Assembly: GCA_965284455.1 (NCBI GenBank)
Contig: OZ260086.1
Span: forward strand, 1,728,686 to 1,792,685
Length of the DNA stretch: 64,000 nucleotides
Direction of reading: 5' to 3'
From: Sphingobacteriaceae bacterium
GTDB lineage: Bacteria > Bacteroidota > Bacteroidia > Sphingobacteriales > Sphingobacteriaceae
Shown here: positions 40,193 to 49,022 of the stretch, one piece after another
Layout: each line of letters starts with the position of its first letter
How positions within the stretch are numbered: position 1 is the first letter of the stretch
Made by a program: the position numbers and the translations under genes
The notes under the pieces: generated by a model
Told to the model about the DNA's origin: nothing
Databases searched by the model: none
What the model saw: the letters and a program-made list of their open reading frames with translations, nothing else

Positions 40193-41242
40193 TTATCTGT
40201 TTAATGAAACTTTGTAAACTGTTGTTTGTGTATACAAATCATCTGGCCTTAACACTGTACTCGGAAATTCCGGAATATTAATTCCGTTCGGATGATGCTG
40301 TGTTTCAACGCAAAAAGCGCTGTAACTCTCATAATCACGTCCGTTTTTGCCATTTTTCACATCTAAATATTTAGCTGTATACAAATGGGCTACCGGCTCA
40401 GTAGTATATACACTTAAAGTTAAACCGCTTTCTGATTCAATTGTTTTGCTGGCCAGTGATAAATCGCCGTAAATTTTATCAAGTACAAAAGTCTGATCGT
40501 ATCCTTCATCTTCATTCCAGTCGCGGCCAATTTCTTTTAGTTCTGTAAAATCATGTGGGGTATCTTTAACCGGAATCAACTTACCAGTAACCGAGTAATT
40601 ATCATCCTGTTCAAGGTAATTAGCGCCAAAAATCTGCAGTTTATGGTTTTTAATATTGCCACCTTCTGGTGCCAGGTTAAAGTAACCATGGTGGGTTAAG
40701 TTAATGGCAGTAGCCTGATCGGTTTCAGCCTCAAAGGTTAAAATCAATTCATCATTTTCGGTCAGTTCGAAGGTTAAATCAACGATAAGGTTTCCCGGAA
40801 AGTTTTCTTCACCATCAACACTCTCATATTGCAAGGTAACAGCCGATTGTGGTCCGTCTACCAAATCAATTACATCCCAAACTTTTTTATCGAAACCGGT
40901 AACGCCCCCATGCAGTGTATCGGTACCGGCATTTTGTGCCAGCTGATAGGTCTCACCGTCAATAGTAAAACGGCCATTTTTTATGCGGTTGGCATAACGA
41001 CCAACAACAGCTCCAAAATAAGGGTAATTTGCCAGATATGCGGGATCAAGATATCCCTCAATGTTATCGAAGCCCAATACAATATCCTGCATTTCTCCGT
41101 TAGCATTTTTAACTACAAACTTACTGATGATTGCACCGTAATTAAATATTTTAACATAAGTGCCTTTACTATTGGTTAGTTCGATTGCGATAACTTCTTC
41201 GCCATCAATAATTTTTCCGGTGGGTATTTGCTGAACGCTCAT
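40193..41242 (-). CDS. galM: Aldose 1-epimerase (galactose mutarotase)
   Basis: GRYANRI, LHGG, NLTHHGYFNL and FCVETQ motifs. Confidence 0.93.
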   Translation of the reverse strand: MSVQQIPTGKIIDGEEVIAIELTNSKGTYVKIFNYGAIISKFVVKNANGEMQDIVLGFDNIEGYLDPAYLANYPYFGAVVGRYANRIKNGRFTIDGETYQLAQNAGTDTLHGGVTGFDKKVWDVIDLVDGPQSAVTLQYESVDGEENFPGNLIVDLTFELTENDELILTFEAETDQATAINLTHHGYFNLAPEGGNIKNHKLQIFGANYLEQDDNYSVTGKLIPVKDTPHDFTELKEIGRDWNEDEGYDQTFVLDKIYGDLSLASKTIESESGLTLSVYTTEPVAHLYTAKYLDVKNGKNGRDYESYSAFCVETQHHPNGINIPEFPSTVLRPDDLYTQTTVYKVSLNR

Positions 41243-41318
41243 AAATTGTAACTTAGGGCTTTTGTTTTATAAACAAACATACTATTATTACTCGCTTTTT
41301 ATAAATATTTTTAGTCAA

Positions 41319-42467
41319 ATGAACATTAATCTTGAGGAAAAATTTGCCGGGCATTACCATAAAAAAGCCGATGCACTTTATTTTACACCTGGCCGGGTTA
41401 ATCTGATTGGCGAGCATATCGATTACAACGGTGGTTTGGTTATGCCCTGCGCCATTACCTTAGGCACATGGGTAGCCATAGCGAGAAATAACGACAATAA
41501 ATTCAGGTTTAAAAGCCTGAACTTCGACATTGAAACAGAAGTTGATAACCAGTTAAACACTAAAAACGGAGGTGTGTGGGCAAATTATCCAATTGGCATT
41601 ATTAACGAATTGATAAAAGATGGCAAAGAGATTAACGGACTAGATTTCTTGTTTTACGGCAATATCCCCATTGGTTCCGGACTTTCCTCTTCGGCCTCAA
41701 TAGAAATTGCTACAGCATATGCCTTGAACAACTTTTTTAACCTGGGCTACCAGCAACTCGAACTGGTAAAAATGGCTAAACGGGTAGAAAACGATTTCAT
41801 AGGACTTAATTCGGGCATCATGGATCAGTTTGCCGTTGCTTTTGGAGAGAAAGATAAGGCCATTGTTTTGGATTGCGAAACCTTAAAGTATAAACTCGTG
41901 GATGTTAATCTGGGCAACTATGTATTGGCCATTATTAACACCAATAAACCACGTGAACTGGCCGATTCTAAATACAACGAACGCGTAGCAGAATGTCAGG
42001 AAGCTTTGAAACTTTTAAATGAGGAAATTACCCTACACAACCTTTGCGAACTAACAGCCGAAAAACTGGCTTTACACAGTCATTTGATTAACAATGAAAT
42101 AATTTTAAACCGCGCAACACATGTGGTTAAAGAAAACGACCGTGTACATTTAGCGGCAAAAGCTTTAAATGGAGGTAACCTCGAAGAATTTGGCCGTTTA
42201 ATGTACGCTTCGCACCAATCTTTGAAAACCTTGTACGAGGTAAGTGGCAAAGAGCTGGATGCAGTAGCTGATTTCTGTACAGGTTATGAGCATGTAATTG
42301 GTGCCAGGATGACGGGAGCTGGCTTTGGTGGCTGTGCAATTGCCTTATTGGAAAAAGGTTATGAAGAAGACTTTGCAAAACACTTAACGGATTATTACGT
42401 AGCCCAAATAGGTTACCCGGCCGCCATTTATATCAGCGAAATTGGCGGTGGACCAGCCAAAATTTAA
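41319..42467 (+). CDS. galK: Galactokinase (start likely 41319)
   Basis: PGRVNLIGEHIDYNGG, GSGLSSSAS and GARMTGAGFGG motifs. Confidence 0.96.
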   Translation: MNINLEEKFAGHYHKKADALYFTPGRVNLIGEHIDYNGGLVMPCAITLGTWVAIARNNDNKFRFKSLNFDIETEVDNQLNTKNGGVWANYPIGIINELIKDGKEINGLDFLFYGNIPIGSGLSSSASIEIATAYALNNFFNLGYQQLELVKMAKRVENDFIGLNSGIMDQFAVAFGEKDKAIVLDCETLKYKLVDVNLGNYVLAIINTNKPRELADSKYNERVAECQEALKLLNEEITLHNLCELTAEKLALHSHLINNEIILNRATHVVKENDRVHLAAKALNGGNLEEFGRLMYASHQSLKTLYEVSGKELDAVADFCTGYEHVIGARMTGAGFGGCAIALLEKGYEEDFAKHLTDYYVAQIGYPAAIYISEIGGGPAKI

Positions 42468-42546
42468 AACATTTAACCAGATTTTAGCTAAAGATTCTAA
42501 ACACCTTTATCGCTGTAATCCATAAATTTGTGGAATCAATTTAAAA

Positions 42547-43077
42547 ATGAGAAAATTAAAATTAGACGAATTAAATCGTCCGGATATTGAAGAGTTTAAA
42601 GCACAGGAAAAATTACCTGTTGTAGTGGTTTTGGATAATGTGCGCAGCATGCACAATGTGGGTTCGATATTCCGCACAGCTGATGGTTTCGCACTCGAAA
42701 AAGTAATACTTTGTGGCATTACCGCCCAACCACCACACCGGGAAATTGAAAAAACAGCTTTGGGGGCCACTCAATCGGTTGATTGGATTCATTATGCAGG
42801 TACTGTGCAAGCAGTTGATGCCTTGCGCAAATTGGGTTATGAAATAGTAGCCATTGAGCAAGCCGAAAACAGCACCATGCTGAATACTTTTAAACCAGAT
42901 CCCAACAAAAAATATGCTTTAATATTCGGTAACGAGGTTGATGGTGTTAGCGATGAGGTAATGGCGAAAATTGATGAGTGCATCGAAATCCCACAATTCG
43001 GCACTAAACATTCGTTTAATATTGTGATTTCGGCAGGAATTGTTTTCTGGGATTTCTTTGCTAAATTGAGATTATAA
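42547..43077 (+). CDS. SpoU/TrmH family RNA methyltransferase
   Basis: LDNVRSMHNVGSIFRTAD, FGNEVDG and KHSFN motifs. Confidence 0.9.
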   Translation: MRKLKLDELNRPDIEEFKAQEKLPVVVVLDNVRSMHNVGSIFRTADGFALEKVILCGITAQPPHREIEKTALGATQSVDWIHYAGTVQAVDALRKLGYEIVAIEQAENSTMLNTFKPDPNKKYALIFGNEVDGVSDEVMAKIDECIEIPQFGTKHSFNIVISAGIVFWDFFAKLRL

Positions 43078-43086
43078 GCCATTAAA

Positions 43087-43749
43087 ATGGAAAACCTGTT
43101 TTTAAAAAAACTTCAGATCAAACCGAACTATAAAGTTAAAATAGTTGATGCTCCTGAAAACGCAGCCGCAATATTCGGGGATATTCCAGTTGAAATTATG
43201 ATGCAATACCAGCATACAGCTGAATTTGATGCACTCATTACTTTCACAACCAGCAAAACGCAGTTAAATGCCCAGATTAAAAATAACATCGGGTATATGG
43301 GTACGAAAACGATATGCTGGGTGTTTTACCCTAAAAAAACTTCAAAAATACCATCCGACCTGGAGTTAATGAAAAGTTGGGAAGAACTGAGTAATTTTGA
43401 CTTAACACCCTGCGCTTCTGCAGCGGTAAACGAAACCTGGACCGCCCTTCGTTTAAAATTTATTACTGAAGTAAAGCCTTCGGGCATGCGGAACGATCAC
43501 ATCAAAACCAACGAATTTGGCGAATACATCGATCCGGTAAACAAAACGGTGAAACTACCCGATGATTTACAAACGCTTCTGGCAGCCCATACAGCGGCCT
43601 ATACTTACTTCAATAGCCTGGCCTATTCTCATAAAAAGGAATATGTGCTTTGGATTTTAACCGCAAAACAGGAAAAAACTCGCCACAGCAGACTTGAAAA
43701 AACGATAGAAATGCTGTTAAACCGGAAGAAAAATCCATCAGATAAATAA
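43087..43749 (+). CDS. YdeI/OmpD-associated family protein
   Basis: C-terminal LAYSHKKEYVLWILTAKQEKTR motif. Confidence 0.8.
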   Translation: MENLFLKKLQIKPNYKVKIVDAPENAAAIFGDIPVEIMMQYQHTAEFDALITFTTSKTQLNAQIKNNIGYMGTKTICWVFYPKKTSKIPSDLELMKSWEELSNFDLTPCASAAVNETWTALRLKFITEVKPSGMRNDHIKTNEFGEYIDPVNKTVKLPDDLQTLLAAHTAAYTYFNSLAYSHKKEYVLWILTAKQEKTRHSRLEKTIEMLLNRKKNPSDK

Positions 43750-43986
43750 AATCCCTCAAATAATATCCCCACCCCAAACTTCTTTTTGTATAGAATACTA
43801 TACAAAAAAGAAGGCAATCCCTTTTATTGCGTAACATTTTCGTGAAATGTTTTTTAGCCTATAATCTTCTGATAAATAGGCTATTTATATAAAAAAAGTG
43901 TCTTTTGGCAAGATTTTTTCTTAGTCACAGCCAAACAGTATGAGATAAAAACTGTTAAGACACTAATCTTTACAAAATAGAAAAAC

Positions 43987-45303
43987 ATGAATACGAGAAT
44001 TACTAAATCAACAATGTTGATTGCCTTATTAGGATTATCATCACAATTATTTGCACAAGAAACCCCTGCGGCTACCGGCCGTTTCTCTCCTACCAAGTTC
44101 CGCACCTGGTCGGTAGGTGTAAATGGTGGTTTATTAACCCCTAGAACCATTTTTGGAAATTCTAATCATCAGTTTGAAACTCCTGTTGAGCATATCGGTT
44201 ACGGCGGTTATGTAAAAAAACAAATTTTACCACAATTGGGTATCCAGGCTGATTTCCTTGCAGGTAAAGTAGAAGAACTGCGGGCTGCAACAGGTACAGG
44301 TAGCTTTATCCCGAATACAGGCTACAAAACCAATATCCAATGGTCGGGTGCATTATCTGCCGTGTGGAATGTAGCCAACATCAGCATTAACCAGGAAAAC
44401 GCAATTTTAATCCCATACTTAAAAGCCGGTGCCGGTTATATGTCGTCGGGTGCAACAACAGCCCCAAACACAACAGATGCAGGTTACTACAGAGAGGGTT
44501 GGTTTGTACCAGTGGGCGCAGGTTTAAAATTAGGCGTAGCTAAGGGTATCAATGTAGATTTAGGTTATGATGTTAACTTTGTTAAGTCGGCTAAATTTGA
44601 TGGTTTCAATGGCCCTACAAACGATCGCTTTGCTTATGCCCATGCTGGTTTGGAATTTGCCATCGGCGACAAATCGAAACCTCAGTTACAAAACTATAGC
44701 TCATTGGCTAACTTAAACAAGCAAACTGCCGAAGAAAGTGCCGAATTAAGAAGAGCATTATCAACTGCTGAGCAAAATGCACAACGCGATAGAGAACAAT
44801 ATGCTAAAGATATGGGAGATGATGATAACGACGGTGTAGCGAACAAGTTCGATAAATGCCCTGGAACTGCTTCAGGAACTGTAGTTGATGGTTCAGGTTG
44901 TCCAATTAAAGTGCAACGCGAAGTAGTTAAAGAAACCAAAGTAGTGGTAACAGAGGCTGACCGTAAAGTGGTTAAAGATGCCATTTCTAACTTAGAGTTC
45001 GATTTAGGTAAATCAACCATCCGCTCTAAATCTTTTGCAACTTTAAACCGTGTGGCTGTCTTATTGGTAGAGAAAAACTTCAGTTTAAAATTAGCCGGCC
45101 ATACCGATAACACTGGTAGCAGAGAGTTAAACTTACGTTTATCAAAAGAAAGAGCCGAATCAGTAAAAGCTTATTTAGTTTCACAAGGAGCAAATGCTTC
45201 AAGAATCGAAGCTACAGGTTACGGACCTGACCAACCAATTGCAACTAATAAAACTGCAACTGGCCGTCAACAAAACCGTCGTGTAGAGTTTACATTATAC
45301 TAG
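43987..45303 (+). CDS. OmpA family outer-membrane protein
   Basis: Signal peptide, beta-barrel region, DDDNDGVANKFDKCP Ca-binding motif, GHTDNTG and NRRVEF. Confidence 0.93.
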   Translation: MNTRITKSTMLIALLGLSSQLFAQETPAATGRFSPTKFRTWSVGVNGGLLTPRTIFGNSNHQFETPVEHIGYGGYVKKQILPQLGIQADFLAGKVEELRAATGTGSFIPNTGYKTNIQWSGALSAVWNVANISINQENAILIPYLKAGAGYMSSGATTAPNTTDAGYYREGWFVPVGAGLKLGVAKGINVDLGYDVNFVKSAKFDGFNGPTNDRFAYAHAGLEFAIGDKSKPQLQNYSSLANLNKQTAEESAELRRALSTAEQNAQRDREQYAKDMGDDDNDGVANKFDKCPGTASGTVVDGSGCPIKVQREVVKETKVVVTEADRKVVKDAISNLEFDLGKSTIRSKSFATLNRVAVLLVEKNFSLKLAGHTDNTGSRELNLRLSKERAESVKAYLVSQGANASRIEATGYGPDQPIATNKTATGRQQNRRVEFTLY

Positions 45304-45323
45304 TCATAAATGATAATGGCAAC

Positions 45324-45363
45324 AAAAAAGCTCCCTGGATTAAAATTTCCGGGGAGCTTTTTT
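45324..45363 (+). terminator. Intrinsic (bidirectional) terminator
   Basis: AAAAAAGCTCCCTGGA...TCCGGGGAGCTTTTTT between convergent genes. Confidence 0.8.
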
Positions 45364-45431
45364 GTTTTAAATATTAACGTTTATAATATCCTGAATCAGG
45401 AGTTGCTGAAGCAAGTTCAGCATAACGATAT

Positions 45432-46730
45432 TTACGACAATCCTTTTTTGTTTTTATAAGTCATTTTGGCTTTGGTACCTGCGCTGTAGTTGTAGTTCTT
45501 CAGGTTACTGGCTTTCTTTTCGTGAAAAGCTGCTCCACGTTCATTGTTGTCCGCTTCCTCCTCACCTTTCTTTTTCTTGGCTTTGCTGGTCGCATCAACA
45601 ATTTTTAAATCTTCAGGCAATTCCATTATTTCTAATTTCTGTCCAATGGCCAGCTCTATCTTTCTTACTTCTATAAGTTCGATATCTGTTGAAAAAGTAA
45701 TCGCTACAACCTCTTCATCGCCATGCTTAACAATACGCTGAATTAAGGTTTCTTTTTGCTCGGGCAATTCTAAATGTATAATAAAAGGAATGCCCTGAAT
45801 ATCCAGCTCGCCCAGGTTTTCATTGGCAACAATCAAAACCCTGGCCGCAGCATTTTCCTTAAAATCCTCAATGTTATCATAGCCCTTATCATCAAAAAAT
45901 AAAGAGCGATAGATCGAAATTTCACCTTCCTTACTATGGTTAAAGTTTTTATAAACCGTTTGTGCAGTTAAACGCGTATTCACAAAAACTACTACTTTAT
46001 CAAAAACCTCTTCATCATTTAAGAGCAAGGTTAACAAATTAAGTTTTGTTCTGAAATTAGGTACCTGATATAACATCTGCTGGTAAACCTCAGCCTGCTT
46101 TTCGCCTATTTCATCCACCTCAATAGTTGCTGCCGAATCTTTCATAAAAGGAGCAATCATGTGGTTTAGTTTTTCGTGCAATACCTCTGTAAACACCACG
46201 TGCTGAGATTTGTAAGCACTGTTGGCCAGTTCGACAACCGGTAATTGCAAGCCTCTTTTAACAATGAGCTCGGCATTATCTACAATGAATAATTGTATTT
46301 TATTGGTATTTAGCGCCAGTTTTAAATACAATGCACGGGCGCGGTCAGGAACAGCCACAATGATATCGCAACCATCCGTAATTTCGTTCATCTGTGTTTC
46401 TACAGCACCACGGCTATCAATTCCCAAAATCCTGAAAGTACTGTTGCGGTTCAATAATTTAAACTGCTCCAGAACATGATCTACATGCTCAATATCCGGC
46501 ACTAAAATCAATGCTCTTGGCGCTTCTTCAAAGGCATATTTCAATTTCATTAGTGTAGCTAAAACATAGGTAGTTGTTTTTCCCGAACCTTCCGGTCCTA
46601 CTGCTATAACATCCTGGCCACCTAAAATTCTCGACATTGTTCTGGCCTGGATTTCTTTTGGAGTTAAGAATCCTGCATCAGTCATGGCCGCTACAAGTGG
46701 TTTGCTAAGTTTTAATTTATCTAAAGACAC
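45432..46730 (-). CDS. DEAD-box helicase-like protein with degenerate catalytic motifs
   Basis: Q-motif GFLTPKEIQ, GSGKT and VFVNT are retained. DEAD is replaced by DNAE, SAT by TEV, and HRIGR by QRIVK. GTG start. Confidence 0.85.
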   Translation of the reverse strand: MSLDKLKLSKPLVAAMTDAGFLTPKEIQARTMSRILGGQDVIAVGPEGSGKTTTYVLATLMKLKYAFEEAPRALILVPDIEHVDHVLEQFKLLNRNSTFRILGIDSRGAVETQMNEITDGCDIIVAVPDRARALYLKLALNTNKIQLFIVDNAELIVKRGLQLPVVELANSAYKSQHVVFTEVLHEKLNHMIAPFMKDSAATIEVDEIGEKQAEVYQQMLYQVPNFRTKLNLLTLLLNDEEVFDKVVVFVNTRLTAQTVYKNFNHSKEGEISIYRSLFFDDKGYDNIEDFKENAAARVLIVANENLGELDIQGIPFIIHLELPEQKETLIQRIVKHGDEEVVAITFSTDIELIEVRKIELAIGQKLEIMELPEDLKIVDATSKAKKKKGEEEADNNERGAAFHEKKASNLKNYNYSAGTKAKMTYKNKKGLS

Positions 46731-47007
46731 AATTACTATTTTAATGATTTGAAATGCAAATATCCTTAAAATAATTAGCTTTTAGAGAAAAGCTTTGCAA
46801 ATCAATGCTACACATAGGGGTACAACTGTATTGTGAGGGCTTAATTCCGGATTAGCATAAGTATTATTTTATGCCTTTTCATTGTATTAAGTAATTTCAG
46901 ACAGTGTAAGCGGGATTAACTAAAAAATTAATTAACTAATTATCAATAGATTAAAAATTAATTCAAAATAAACACTACTAAATCTATAGATATTATATAC
47001 TTATTTC

Positions 47008-47015
47008 TATATTTG
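47008..47015 (+). promoter_or_regulatory. Bacteroidota -7 promoter box upstream of the small ORF/tRNA-like element
   Basis: TATATTTG matches TAnnTTTG, 54 nt before the ATG at 47070. Confidence 0.5.
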
Positions 47016-47069
47016 CTGAACATTAATCATTAACTAAAATACGGTGTTAAACAATTAAACGCAAAAACA

Positions 47070-47231
47070 ATGTCAATCTATTTTCAGTTTCCGGCCATTG
47101 ATGAGTATCCAAATTTAGCCCATCCGCTAAAAACAGAACCTAAACATGCACAGCAAAACATGGATGAAGATAGTTTTTCACAGGAACAGCATACTGAGCT
47201 AAAAGATTTTTTAGCCTTAAAACCTGTTTAA
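47070..47231 (+). CDS. Small hypothetical protein, 53 aa (below the ORF-track cutoff)
   Basis: ATG at 47070 after an A-rich tract: MSIYFQFPAIDEYPNLAHPLKTEPKHAQQNMDEDSFSQEQHTELKDFLALKPV*. Confidence 0.45.
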   Translation: MSIYFQFPAIDEYPNLAHPLKTEPKHAQQNMDEDSFSQEQHTELKDFLALKPV

Positions 47232-47241
47232 CTTATTACAT

Positions 47242-47311
47242 GGCCAGTTGACCGATTGGAAGGTTAGAGTTTCATAAACTTTTTACGATGGTTCGAATCC
47301 ATTACTAGGCC
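47242..47311 (+). ncRNA. tRNA-like element (pseudo-tRNA, CAU anticodon)
   Basis: Cloverleaf: GGCCAGT-TG-ACC GATTGGAA GGT-T-AGAGT TTCATAA ACTTT-TTAC-GATGG TTCGAAT CCATT-ACTAGGC-C. Canonical T-loop and anticodon loop, defective acceptor stem, no CCA. Confidence 0.7.
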
Positions 47312-47396
47312 GCTAAGTGTATTTCATAGCACTTTATACTGATCCTGCTCAGGTCAGTTAAGATTTGGTTATCTTATATTTGTTTTGTTGTTAGCA

Positions 47397-47421
47397 AAGG
47401 CTACCCGCGATGGGTAGCCTT
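47397..47421. terminator. Perfect 10-bp hairpin
   Basis: AAGGCTACCC-GCGAT-GGGTAGCCTT followed by AACTTTTT. Confidence 0.6.
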
Positions 47422-47598
47422 AACTTTTTAAGGCTACTATGGCACAAGCAGATCGAAGAATCTCCTGTTCGTTAAAAAACCTTGTTTGCTGGTACAAATT
47501 CCTAATTTTCATTTTTCTAAAAACTTTTTATTCCGTTTGTGGTTATTTATATAATTCACATTATACTAATCTTTTACAGATTAATTTGTTTGGTTTAA

Positions 47599-47628
47599 AA
47601 AAGGGATTTATGGATATAAATCCCTTTT
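47599..47628. terminator. Perfect 12-bp hairpin upstream of the S66 peptidase gene
   Basis: AAAAGGGATTTA-TGGATA-TAAATCCCTTTT followed by CTTTT. Confidence 0.55.
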
Positions 47629-47689
47629 CTTTTATGCCAGAATTTTAAATCCTATATTTAGCCATATCAATTTCACTACCCTATTTTAG

Positions 47690-48712
47690 ATGAACAGAAA
47701 ATATTTCCTTTCTTCATTTATTGCAGCCACCACCGTAATTCCGGCATTTAAAACTTTAGCTAATACTATCGAAAGTGAAAGTTCATCGTTTAAAATACCA
47801 CCTTATTTAAAAGCTGGGGATACCATCGGGATCACCAGCCCTGCCGGATACATTACTTTGGAGCAAATCCAACCATCGGTTTTACAAATGCAAAGTTGGG
47901 GCTTTACCATCAAAGTGGGCGATACGATTGGTAAGCGCGATTTTACTTACGGTGGCACAGACGAAGAAAGGTTAGCTGATTTTCAGCAGATGTTGAACGA
48001 CCCCAATATTAAGGCTATTATGTGTGCCCGCGGTGGTTACGGCTTTGTACGGATTATCGATCAGCTCGATTTTTCGGCCTTTAAAAGAACCCCAAAATGG
48101 ATTATTGGCTTTAGCGACATAACCGTTATTCATTGTCATCTGGCCAAAAATTTTGGCATTGCCTCTATTCATTCAAAAATGTGCAATAGTTTCCCCGATG
48201 ATTGGGCCAAAGCAGAACCGATACAGATTGAAACCATTTTATCGATCAAGAATGCTTTAACCGGCGAACAAATGGGCTACACCTCCCCTTTAAATAGCAA
48301 TAACCGTTTTGGAAAAACCGATGGGATTTTAATCGGCGGAAACCTGAGCATTATTGAAACACTGGCAGGTAGCAACTCTGATTTAGACACCAAAAATAAA
48401 ATACTATTTATTGAAGATACCGGCGAATACCTCTACAGTATCGACAGAATGTTATGGAATTTAAAACGCAGCGGCAAGCTTAAAAACCTGAAAGGTCTTA
48501 TTGTAGGTGGTTTTAAGGTTAAACCCGATGATGCAGGCGAAGAATTTGGCAAAACCATTTACGATATTGTTCTCGAAAAGGTAAAGGAATACGCCTACCC
48601 TGTTGTCTTCGATTTCCCGGTTGGACACCAACGCAATAATTTTGCGTTAAAATGCGGTGCTAACCATACCTTTATCGTTAATGAAAGTGGTGCAACGCTG
48701 AGAAGCATTTAA
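47690..48712 (+). CDS. S66 family LD-carboxypeptidase (muramoyltetrapeptide)
   Basis: ARGGYG, GFSDIT (Ser), IEDTGE (Glu) and PVGH (His); Tat-like leader NRKYFL. Confidence 0.9.
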   Translation: MNRKYFLSSFIAATTVIPAFKTLANTIESESSSFKIPPYLKAGDTIGITSPAGYITLEQIQPSVLQMQSWGFTIKVGDTIGKRDFTYGGTDEERLADFQQMLNDPNIKAIMCARGGYGFVRIIDQLDFSAFKRTPKWIIGFSDITVIHCHLAKNFGIASIHSKMCNSFPDDWAKAEPIQIETILSIKNALTGEQMGYTSPLNSNNRFGKTDGILIGGNLSIIETLAGSNSDLDTKNKILFIEDTGEYLYSIDRMLWNLKRSGKLKNLKGLIVGGFKVKPDDAGEEFGKTIYDIVLEKVKEYAYPVVFDFPVGHQRNNFALKCGANHTFIVNESGATLRSI

Positions 48713-48897
48713 AAATGTGATTACATCATTAACCATTAGAGCCCCTAAAACTTTGGTGACCTAATATCTCTCAGGTGGTAAATACATTTCTTTTAAATAT
48801 TTAAGTGTGTACTTAAATAAAAATCTAAACACTTTGGCACCTAAACTGGTCAAAAAAAACAGGCAAGGCAACATCATAATGATATGTGCTACTTTGG

Positions 48898-48947
48898 GTG
48901 ATCTCAAAGTTCGCCCTTTTCATCTCTACATTTCCCGCATTGGTCTC
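48898..48947 (+). promoter_or_regulatory. Three direct repeats at 21-bp period, candidate LytTR operator
   Basis: GTGATCTC (48898), TTCATCTC (48919) and TTGGTCTC (48940); -7 box TATTTTTG at 48977-48984. Confidence 0.5.
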
Positions 48948-49022
48948 AATTAAAGAATTACTGGCATAAGCGGATATATTTTTGTGTTTAACAGTTAGCA
49001 AACAACACAAAATTTATTCGCC

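Noticed and set aside
46850-46879. dif/Xer-like site GCATAA-N8-TTATGC
   Set aside because: Spacer is 8 rather than 6 nt and the outer arms do not match the XerC/XerD consensus.
47242-47311. Canonical tRNA-Met gene
   Set aside because: Acceptor stem has mismatches, the D-loop is short and there is no CCA; reported as tRNA-like instead.
47439-47648. 69-aa ORF upstream of the S66 peptidase
   Set aside because: Low-complexity F/L/K-rich sequence crossing a terminator-like hairpin; probably spurious.
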